From contig CAWKDC010000001.1 in NCBI GenBank assembly GCA_963848305.1, forward strand, positions 1 through 64,000: a stretch of DNA of 64,000 nt, written 5' to 3'. The notes under the pieces are model-generated. The model was given only the letters and a program-made list of their open reading frames with translations. It made no database searches and was not told the DNA's origin. Source of the stretch: an uncultured Gammaproteobacteria bacterium. GTDB lineage: Bacteria; Pseudomonadota; Gammaproteobacteria; JABCZS01. The position numbers were made by a program, and so were the translations under genes. This document shows, piece after piece, positions 55,478 through 64,000 of the stretch (position 1 is the stretch's first letter; every line of letters starts with the position of its first letter).

Positions 55478-56950
55478 GTGCGGCAACCAGAAAAGGCGAC
55501 GGTGGGAGTATTCGGGATTGGGCTGGCGGCATACTGGCCACAGTTCCACGGGCTCAAGGAGCGGCTGGAAGGCTACCAGCGCAAGGTGGAACAGCGCATC
55601 GGCCAATGGGCCACGGTCGTCAGCGCCGGCCTGGTGGACGACACTCCCAAAGGTCTCCAAGCCGGTGAAGCCTTTCGTCGCGCGAGCGTCGATCTGGTTT
55701 TCTGCTACGTCGGCACCTACGCAACTTCCTCCACCGTATTGCCCGTCATCCAACACGCCAAGGCGCCCGTGGTGGTTCTGAACCTGCAACCACGCGCCGC
55801 GCTCGATTATGCGCACACCGATACGGGCGAGTGGCTGGCCAACTGCTCCGCCTGCTGCGTTCCGGAAATCTCCGGAGCGTTTGCCCGCGCGGCCATTCCC
55901 TTCCGGCAAGTCACCGGCATGCTCGACCCGGAACCCGATGTGCGCGAACCGAGCGAATCCGCGTGGAGCGGAAATCGAGGAATGGTGCGCCGCCGCCAGG
56001 GTGGTTCACAATCAGCGCCGGGCTCGCATCGGATTCCTCGGGCACCCCTACCCCGGAATGCTCGATATGTACAGCGACTTCACCCAGCACCAGGCGCAAC
56101 TGGGGACGCACATCGAAGTTGCTGGAAATGTGCGACCTGGAGGCGCGCGTGAGCGCCGCCACGGATGCCGAGATCGCGCGCAAGGCGGAGGAGACGCGCA
56201 GCATCTTTGACATCAGTGAGGACAGCCCGTCCGACCCGCTGGCGAAAAAGCCCGCCCCGGAGCAGATGGATTGGGCCTGCCGCGTTGCCGTGGGGCTCGA
56301 TCACCTGGTGGAGGATTTTGACCTCGACGGCCTGGCCTACTACTACCGCGGCGTGGGCGGCAACATGTATGAGCGGATCTGGGCGCGGCGTGATCCTGGG
56401 ATGCTCGCTGCTGACCGCGCGCGGAATTCCCTGCTCCGGTGAAGCCGATCTGAAAAATTGCCAGGCGATGAAGATCATGGACCTGCTGGGCGCGGGAGGC
56501 AGCTACACGGAGCTTTACGCCATGGACTTCCGCGAGCGCTTCATCCTGATGGGCCACGACGGCCCCTTCCATCTGGCCATCGCCGAAGGCCGGCCGATCC
56601 TGCGCGGGCTCGGCCTCTACCATGGCAAATCGGGATTCGGCGTCAGCGTGGAAGCCAGCGTGCGCAAAGGCCCCATCACCATCCTCGGCCTCACCCAAAC
56701 CTGCGATGGCCGGCTGAAATTTCTCGCGGCCGAAGGCGAATGCCTCGCCGGCGAGCGGCTGAAGATCGGCAACACCAACAGCCGCCTGCGATTCGCGCTT
56801 GAACCCGCGCCGTTCATCAATGCCTATTGCAGCGAGGGGCCTACCCACCATTGCGCGCTGGGCGTCGGCCACGTCCTGGGCAAGCTTAAGAAGGTGTCAT
56901 GGCTCACGGGGCTGGAACTGAAAGTCATCGGGCCGACGAGCGGGCAATAA
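55478..56950 (+). CDS. L-fucose/L-arabinose isomerase family protein (frameshifted)
   Basis: YWPQFHGL, GMLDMYSD, GEADL, GGSYTE, LMGHDGP and GPTHHCALGVGH motifs. Confidence 0.85.
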
Positions 56951-57266
56951 GCGTTTCGTCAAGTTACCAGGATGCAAGCATAGGAGCCCAGTGCCACGAG
57001 CGAGCGCAATGCTCTCCTCGAGTGGTCGCAGGCGAAAGAATGTGTTGCAGTTTACCACACAGGTGTGCGCAAATTTCCCCACAAATAGTCCTACCCACAC
57101 CGGCATAAGTGTTCAACTTTTAAACAAACCGACCCCTGAATAGACATTTAGTTCCTGTTATGACGCAGACTTTTGGTCATAGTCTTGCGCGGAACCGTGC
57201 AGATCCGCGGCTTGGAGGACTTTATCCACCGCAAATTCGGAAGAGAGTGCTGCTTCGGATTGGGGG

Positions 57267-57731
57267 ATGGCATTGAGTCGCTTTTTCCGAGATTCCGGAC
57301 ACTTGATTCGTCCCGCGCTGGTCCTGCTGGCGGGAGTGGTTATCTTTCTGATTATCCGTGCCGCTGTGGTGCCCAAAGACTTTGGGAAATATGGACACTA
57401 CCGGGCGGGTGCGCTTGACATGATCGCCGCGCTCCCCATTGCCTATGCCGGCGGAAGCCAATGCGCCCTCTGCCACGACCAGGAAGCCAAGGTGCATGAC
57501 GGGGGTAAGCATGCGAGTGTGCATTGCGAGGCCTGCCACGGCCCCCTGGCCAAACACGCTGACGATCCCGTCGCCAATGTGCCCAAGCTGCCCGACGTAG
57601 CCAACCTCTGCCGGCGCTGCCATGAAAAAGACGCCGCCAAGCCGAAAGGCTTTCCCCAAGTGGATACGGTCGCGCACTCCCAGGGCATGCTTTGCAACAC
57701 TTGTCACCAGCCGCACAATCCGCACCTCTGA
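57267..57731 (+). CDS. Membrane-anchored tetraheme cytochrome c
   Basis: N-terminal TM; CALCH, CEACH, CRRCH, CNTCH. Confidence 0.88.
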   Translation: MALSRFFRDSGHLIRPALVLLAGVVIFLIIRAAVVPKDFGKYGHYRAGALDMIAALPIAYAGGSQCALCHDQEAKVHDGGKHASVHCEACHGPLAKHADDPVANVPKLPDVANLCRRCHEKDAAKPKGFPQVDTVAHSQGMLCNTCHQPHNPHL

Positions 57732-57747
57732 GGGAGGAGTTAGAAGC

Positions 57748-58488
57748 ATGGAATTCAGCAGGCGAGACCTCTTCAAGATTGGCGGAAAAATCCTGGTGCT
57801 GGCCTCCACCGGCGCCACGCTCGAACAGATCATGGGCGCTGCCCCTGCGCCTGAAGCCTACCGGAGGGCGGACCACTGGTGGGGCATGATCATCGACATC
57901 GACAAGTGCATTGGCTGCGGAAGCTGTGTGCGCGCCTGCTCGCAGGAGAACCACGTGCCCGCCGGGTACTTCCGGACCTGGGTGGAGCGGTATCAGGTGG
58001 AGGAAGGAAAGCAGCCCATCGTCGACTCGCCCAATGGAGCGATGGAGGGCTTCCCCGTCGCTACGCGCGCGGGCCTCAAGAGCTTCTTCGTTCCCAAACT
58101 TTGCAACCACTGCGCCGATTCCCCATGCGTGCAGGTCTGCCCGGTGGGTGCGACGTTCCTGAGCCCGGATGGCGTCGTCCTGGTGGACACGACCTATTGC
58201 CTTGGCTGCCGGTATTGCATCCAGGCTTGCCCGTATGGCTGCCGTTACCTGCATCCGGAAAAACATGTGGTGGATAAGTGCTCGCTCTGCTATCACCGCA
58301 TTACCAAGGGTCTCACCACCGCCTGCTGCGAGAACTGTCCCACAGGGGCGCGCCAATTGGTGGATTTCAAAAACCCCAACGATCCCGTTCACGAGTTCCT
58401 GCGCAATAACAAAGTCGAGGTGCTGAAGCCGTATATGGCCACGGGAGCGAAGGTCTACTACAAGGATCTGGATGGCGCGGTGCGATAA
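57748..58488 (+). CDS. Tat-exported 4Fe-4S protein (NrfC/DmsB family)
   Basis: SRRDLFK; CIGCGSCVRAC, CNHCADSPCVQVCP, CLGCRYCIQACPY and KCSLCYHR motifs. Confidence 0.9.
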   Translation: MEFSRRDLFKIGGKILVLASTGATLEQIMGAAPAPEAYRRADHWWGMIIDIDKCIGCGSCVRACSQENHVPAGYFRTWVERYQVEEGKQPIVDSPNGAMEGFPVATRAGLKSFFVPKLCNHCADSPCVQVCPVGATFLSPDGVVLVDTTYCLGCRYCIQACPYGCRYLHPEKHVVDKCSLCYHRITKGLTTACCENCPTGARQLVDFKNPNDPVHEFLRNNKVEVLKPYMATGAKVYYKDLDGAVR

Positions 58489-58500
58489 AGGAGCGAAGCA

Positions 58501-59670
58501 ATGATTCCTGGCGTTGAAGGCTTCATGTACCCCAACGAGGTGGAGTTGCAGTGGGGCCTGCTCATTGTGCTCTACCCTTACATCACCGGGCTGGTGGCCG
58601 GCGCCTTCATCCTGGCGTCGCTCGAGCGCGTCTTCAAGGTGAAAGGCCGTGCGGCCCACTTACCGCCTGGCCTTGCTGACGGCGCTCGGCTTCCTGCTGG
58701 TAGCGCCCCTGCCCCTGCAATTGCACCTGGGGCATCCCGAGCGCTCCATGGAGATGTACCTCACGCCCCACGCGATCCTCGGCCATGGCCATGTTCGGTT
58801 TTGTGTACTTGTGGTACCTCATGGTGGTGCTGCTGCTCGAGGTCTGGCTGGAGTACCGCGCGGACATCGTGCACCTGGCGCAAACCACCACTGGCGTTCG
58901 GCGACTCATCTACAAACTGCTCACCCTGGGGTCGATGAATGTCAGCCCCGAGGCGCGGCGAATCGACGAAAAGGTCAGCTACGTGGTTACCGTCATCGGC
59001 ATCCCCTCGGCGTTTCTGCTGCACGGGTACGTGGGATTTATCTTCGGCTCGGTGAAGGCCAATCCCTGGTGGTCCACTCCCCTCATGCCCGTCGTGTTCC
59101 TCTTCTCGGCGATGGTTTCAGGCATTGCGGCGGTCCTGGTGCTGTACATGGCCTTCATGAAGGTGGAGAAGATGTCCATCGACATGCCGTGCCTCGACAC
59201 CATTGCCAAATACCTCTTTTACACCTTCGTCATCGACTTCTCGCTGGAGATGCTGGATCTGGTGCATCGCACCTACGAGGCCGATGAATCCTTCCGCTCC
59301 CTGGATTTCATGGTGCACACACGATTGTGGGGATCGCAAGTGATTCTCCAGATCATCGTGGGTACGCTGGTGCCCCTGACGATCCTTGCGGCCAACCAGC
59401 TTTGGCGGTTCTCGGAAGTTCGCCGCAAGGCGATGTATCTCATTGCCTCTCTGCTGACCCTGATTGGCATCTTCGCCATGCGCTGGAACGTGGTGATCGG
59501 GGGCCAGTTGTTTTCCAAGAGTTTCCTTGGGATACACCTCTTACAAAGTTGAATTCGCAGCCAAGGAAGGCTTGCTGCCGGCCATCGGATTAATGATTCT
59601 GCCCTTCGTAATCGTCGTTGCCCTGGTGAAGCTTCTGCCCCCATGGGAAGGGGAAGCCAGCAAGGTCTAA
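58501..59670 (+). CDS. NrfD/PsrC quinol-interacting membrane protein (frameshifted)
   Basis: WGLLIVLYPYITGLVAG, HLGHPER, LHGYVGFIF, FLFSAMVSG and RWNVVIGGQ motifs. Confidence 0.87.
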
Positions 59671-59680
59671 AGGAGCTGCC

Positions 59681-61401
59681 ATGTTGCAGGCAGATCTGGA
59701 CGAACTGCGCCAGCAGGTTCGCGATCTTACGAACCGTATCTCTCGTCTGGAGGAATCTCTCGCGCCCCGCGAGAGCGTGACGCCCGACCCGGGAAGCAGA
59801 GCCTCCTCGCCCTGCCCGAGGATCCCGGACATCCTCTCGCAAGTTCCCGACACCACTTCCGTTCTCCCGGTTCTCGGAGGCGGGCTTCTCGGCTTGGCAG
59901 GCGCCTACCTGCTGCGGGCCATCGCCGAATCGGGAGCCCTTCCACCGAGGGCGGTCTTCACGCTGGGAACCCTCTACGCCGTGGCCTGGCTGCTCTGGGC
60001 GGCGCGAGTTCCCGTCGAACGCCGGTTCGCGCACCACCTTGTACAGCCTCACGTCCGTGCTGATCCTTTCACCGCTGCTTTGGGAGTCCACGCTGCGCTT
60101 TCACATCATCACCACTGCGGAGGCCAGTGTGATTCTCATGGCCTTACACCCTGATCGGCCTGGCGGTATCCTGGCAGAGGGACTTGCTGATCGTTGCCAC
60201 CATTACTACCCTCGCGGGCCTGACCACGGCCGGCGCGCTGCTGATCGCCACGCACGACGTGCTGCCCTTCACCTTTGTCTTCCTGGCCATCGCTGCGGCG
60301 GTGGAAGTGTGCGCTTGCCTCAACCACTGGCTGGGTGAGCGGTGGCTGGCGGCGGCCGCCGCCAATCTTTCCGTCCTGCTGGCCACCTGGCTGGTCACCA
60401 ATCCCCGCGGCCTTCCGGAGGTCTACGCGCCCATTCCGGTACGCGCCCTGTTCGCCGCGCAAATGGCGCTGGTGGCCATCTACCTCTCCAGCGTTATGGT
60501 GCGGACCCTCCTGCGCGGCCTTGCCTTTACTAATTTCGAAACCGGGCAATGCGCTCTGGCCTTTGTGATTGGCGTCGGAGGCGCACTTCGCTTGTCCGCG
60601 GGCGGTGCGCACATCGCTCCCGCCCTGGGGGCATTCGCGCTGGTGTGCGGCGCGGCATGTTACGCGATCTCGTTCATGGTGCTGGAACGCCACGGCTCGC
60701 ACGGCCGCAACTTTTACACCTACTCGACCTTCGGAATGCTGTTAGTCCTGGTCGGCTGCCGAATCCTGTTGAATGACGGCGCGGCCGCGGTCGTATGGTC
60801 CGCACTGGCCATAGCGTGTATCGGCGCGGGCGGGCTCTGGGCCAGGCTGACGCTGGAAATTCACGGCGGCATTTATCTGGTACTGGCGCTCGCGCTCTCG
60901 GGCGCCTTCCAGCAAGCCGCAGGGTTTCTCTTGGGAGCCGATCTCTGGCCCGGTTCGGCCCCTACGGCGCTCTGGATCGGCGCGGCGGTGGCCGGAGCCA
61001 GTTACCTGCTGGCCGTGCGGTTCACTCCCTCTCTCAGCGGCTGGAATTTCCGCGCCCTCCGCGTGGCCGTTGCAGCCGTCCTGGTTTGGGTGGTGTTGGG
61101 CCTTTCGGCGGGAGGCCTGACCGGTATTTATCACGGACTCTTCGGTTTCGAAGCCGGAAACCCCTATTGCGCAACCCTGCGGACCGGCGCCGTGACAGCC
61201 GCTGCCGTGCTGCTGGCCTTGGCGGGTTCCCGCCCCTACTTCAGCGACCTTGCTCAATTGGTTTATCCTCTCATGCTCCTGGGCGCCTATCGCCTGGTCG
61301 CCGACGATATGCACCAGGATCGCAAGGCCGTCCTGTTCCTCTCGCTGCTGCTTTATGGCGCCGCGCTCATGGCGATACCTCGTCTCCGGCGTTCTGGGTA
61401 G
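59681..61401 (+). CDS. Polytopic membrane protein (DUF2339-like; frameshifted)
   Basis: N-terminal coiled coil (LTNRISRLE) then many TM helices across ORFs 59681, 60039 and 60184. Confidence 0.6.
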
Positions 61402-61499
61402 AGTCCATGAGGGGCGCGGCCGACAGCTATCTGGGTGGAACTTCCAGCCACAAGTCGATCTGCGCCTCTGGGAGGCACCGAGAAAACCGGGCTAGGCGG

Positions 61500-61705
61500 C
61501 AAAACTGTTCACCTAGCTGTCGTCAGGGATTAAACGAATCTAGTTACGTGCGAAGCACCTTGGAGTGCGTGTGGCAGCAGCCACCGCCTTTCATTCGTGC
61601 GAGTTCCGTATGAATCTCGGGCGGAAGGCGGTGGCTGCTGCCACACGCACTCCAAGGTGCTTCGCACGAGCCCATGTCAAAATGCGCGCTAAGTGAAAAG
61701 TGTTG
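61500..61705. mobile_element. 206-bp MITE (copy 2), 11-bp TSD, central loop inverted relative to copy 1
   Basis: TIRs caaaactgttcacctagc / gctaagtgaaaagtgttg; gggctaggcgg (61489-61499) and gggctagccgg (61706-61716). Confidence 0.88.
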
Positions 61706-61708
61706 GGG

Positions 61709-62905
61709 CTAGCCGGGACGGGAAAGAACGTAGGTGAATCGTTCCTTGAGTCTTAGGAACGGCAGCTCCAGGAATTGATATGAGGCTATGGAAAAGGCAA
61801 CCGTAAGCGCGAGACCCAGCAAGGCATACACAGGGTAAAGCCCCGCATGAAGCGTCCCAAGGACTTTGCGCGCCAGGAGCAAAGACAAATAGTGATAGAC
61901 GTAGAGCCCATAAGAGATTTTGCCCAAATACACGAGTCGAAACCAACCGACCATCCGCATGCGTTCCACGGGCAGACCGAGGGCAGAAAGAAACAGCAAA
62001 GTACATGCGGCCGCTACCAAAGGGAAACCTAACATTCCACGCAGCAGGGTGGGGGCAGCGCCAGGTGCCGTGCCACCAAGGAGTTCGGCTGCCCCCATCA
62101 ACCCCCCGAGCCCAACAATAACAAAAATCAAACGCACACCGATGGAAAGTGAGGGGATTTTTCCCCGAAGACCCAGGGAGATGAGAATGCCCACCGCAAT
62201 GCCATCGAGCCTGGTAAAAGTGCTGTACGAAAGCATCTGCATGGTTGTGTGCCCAGCCAGCAGAATAAACCGCGTCCCCGAAGCCAGCACCAGCAGCCCG
62301 ACCGCCACTGCGGCCAGGCGCTTAGGCGAAGACCTCCGTACCACCCGGGGCCAAAGCAAATAGAATTGCTCCTCCACCGAGACGCTCCATAGCGGCAAGG
62401 CAACCGAAGCAGGAAGTCCATGCAGCGCACTGATCCAGTTGCCACTCAGGAGAAGAAAGGCCAGCACGTATTGCCAGGTAAAAATCTGCCCAGCCACAAA
62501 CTCGTGGAGCGTCCAGGCAATCCCGATAAAGAAGAAATAAAGCGGCCAAATTCGCAGGATGCGGCGCACGTAGAAGGCTTTCACATCAAGAAACCCACGC
62601 TTCGCCTTTTCTCTCACCAGCAACTCCGTAATAAGGTAAGAGCTCAGCACAAAAAACAGGTCAACACCGAAGTTCCCGGCCCCCAGAGCATCATTGCCCA
62701 GGCGAATCAAGCTCGATACCAGCGGCATTACCGTGTAACGCAGCAGTTCCGGTGGAATAGAACGGGGCTTGAGATGATAAAAGAAAACGCCAAGAAACGC
62801 GAAGAAGCGAAGCACATCCAGCTCCGGCCGATAAAAGCGCTCTCCGGTTCCAATTTTCGACCCGGCGATCTCATTCGAATTCCGGATCAAGCCCGGTGGG
62901 ATCAT
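61709..62905 (-). CDS. OafA-like acyltransferase 3 family protein
   Basis: LDVLRFFA, GVDLFFVLSSYLI, RRILRIWP, WSVSVEEQFY and GKISYGLYVYH motifs. Confidence 0.9.
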   Translation of the reverse strand: MIPPGLIRNSNEIAGSKIGTGERFYRPELDVLRFFAFLGVFFYHLKPRSIPPELLRYTVMPLVSSLIRLGNDALGAGNFGVDLFFVLSSYLITELLVREKAKRGFLDVKAFYVRRILRIWPLYFFFIGIAWTLHEFVAGQIFTWQYVLAFLLLSGNWISALHGLPASVALPLWSVSVEEQFYLLWPRVVRRSSPKRLAAVAVGLLVLASGTRFILLAGHTTMQMLSYSTFTRLDGIAVGILISLGLRGKIPSLSIGVRLIFVIVGLGGLMGAAELLGGTAPGAAPTLLRGMLGFPLVAAACTLLFLSALGLPVERMRMVGWFRLVYLGKISYGLYVYHYLSLLLARKVLGTLHAGLYPVYALLGLALTVAFSIASYQFLELPFLRLKERFTYVLSRPG

Positions 62906-62917
62906 AGAAGTCCTAAG

Positions 62918-63829
62918 CTAAGAGTGAGGGTTGGTCATGTCTTCAAGCCTTTGGACGACGTCTTTCTTAAGGCTGCCCGGACATACGGCTACGAAATCAT
63001 AACCCGACGGTCTGCTCATTCCCCTTGTGACTCGGTACAATTGCGTGGACCAATACTTCTTCTGGTCATACGCTAAGAACTCGTATCCCATTCCGGCGAG
63101 CAAGGTGACGACGTTCTCTGACCAAAACCCGTCTTTCCCCAAGTGGCACTCGAACAACACGACGCCCGGTTTCTGATCTTGCATCCAGTCCCGCATCGAT
63201 TCGAGAACCACTCCTTCATGACCCTCCACGTCGATTTTGATCAGTGATACCTGCCGGCAATCCAGAGCCCGGACAAACTCTCCCGCATCCTCGACGCGAA
63301 CGTGGATCCTTTCGCCGGGAAGTTGCTGGTCCTCTGAAACCATGCTTGTCCTCCCCAGATTGCCAACCTCAATAACTGCCATCTCCGCCGACCCGCTTCG
63401 ATTGGACAGAGCGCATTCATGGATTACGGCCTGCCGGTAGCCATTGATAAGCATCGATTTTCGAAGACACTGCGCTATCGCGGGTTGGGGCTCGAAAAAG
63501 TGAACTTTCCCTTCCTCTCCCACCTTCTTGCAGGCGAAGAGGCCAACGACACCAAAGTTGGCACCGATGTCCAAGACCGTATCGCCAGGACGCAACACAG
63601 CCTCCAGCACGCAGGTGATCCGAGGGTCGTGCTCCCCCCAGAGATACATCGCACGACCGACATAGTCATTCAGGAAGACGATCGCCCGCGCACCATATCG
63701 GAGCTCGGCGGTGGCGACTCCTTCACCGCACATCCATGCGGCGATTGCCGAGTCGGTGATGCGATGACCAACCTTGACCGTTTTCAACTTGCGGACAACG
63801 CTGGCAAGTGCAGCACGCGCATATTCCAC
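62918..63829 (-). CDS. FkbM family methyltransferase
   Basis: VLDIGANFG, FEPQP and IKIDVEGHE motifs. Confidence 0.9.
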   Translation of the reverse strand: MEYARAALASVVRKLKTVKVGHRITDSAIAAWMCGEGVATAELRYGARAIVFLNDYVGRAMYLWGEHDPRITCVLEAVLRPGDTVLDIGANFGVVGLFACKKVGEEGKVHFFEPQPAIAQCLRKSMLINGYRQAVIHECALSNRSGSAEMAVIEVGNLGRTSMVSEDQQLPGERIHVRVEDAGEFVRALDCRQVSLIKIDVEGHEGVVLESMRDWMQDQKPGVVLFECHLGKDGFWSENVVTLLAGMGYEFLAYDQKKYWSTQLYRVTRGMSRPSGYDFVAVCPGSLKKDVVQRLEDMTNPHS

Positions 63830-63895
63830 TATCTGAAACTCCTTTACCCCAGGAAAGGGGAGCGTGGCTAGGTTCCCGGACGAATGACCTTCAGC

Positions 63896-64000
63896 TCATT
63901 TACGTTTCGACGCCCAAACATGAAGATCCTTAATTCGTGGGTGGGTCTCGATCTGGTTGAATCCCAGAGTGCGCAGTAAACCAATGACGTCGTCTGGCTT
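63896..64000 (-). CDS. C-terminal end of a gene continuing beyond the window
   Basis: Open frame KPDDVIGLLRTLGFNQIETHPRIKDLHVWASKRK* on the same strand as the FkbM gene. Confidence 0.45.
   Translation of the reverse strand, partial: KPDDVIGLLRTLGFNQIETHPRIKDLHVWASKRK

Overview
GC-rich bacterial window whose gene content and repeat families suggest an Acidobacteriota (Terriglobia-like) genome; this is inference. Many ordinary genes carry single-base frameshifts, which points to an unpolished long-read assembly. In order: an EmrB/TolC/EmrA efflux operon running into egtB-egtD; a PA2779-like/C39 peptidase/TPR-beta-barrel operon; a group II intron whose RT has an internal stop; a giant secreted Kelch/IPT-RHS toxin with an immunity candidate; an orphan antitoxin; GH39 and GH144-like hydrolases; a malQ/treZ/GH57/treY/treS/GT2/MscS-like cluster; a nucleotide-sugar dehydrogenase, an SDR, LamG and UroD-like genes; a P460-family cytochrome; SPOR and Ig-repeat surface proteins; leuA; an orphan RHS toxin-immunity cassette bracketed by a RAYT transposase and its REPs; a truncated blaI/blaR1 pair; a sugar isomerase; a tetraheme-NrfC-NrfD module; an acyltransferase and an FkbM methyltransferase. 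Two observations stand out. (1) The gene truncations and cassette ends around the two RHS toxin-immunity modules fall at or near the foot of one REP family tied to the RAYT, suggesting RAYT/REP-driven toxin-cassette shuffling. (2) A 206-bp MITE occurs twice, and its central loop is flipped between the copies. No rRNA, tRNA or CRISPR array was recognised.
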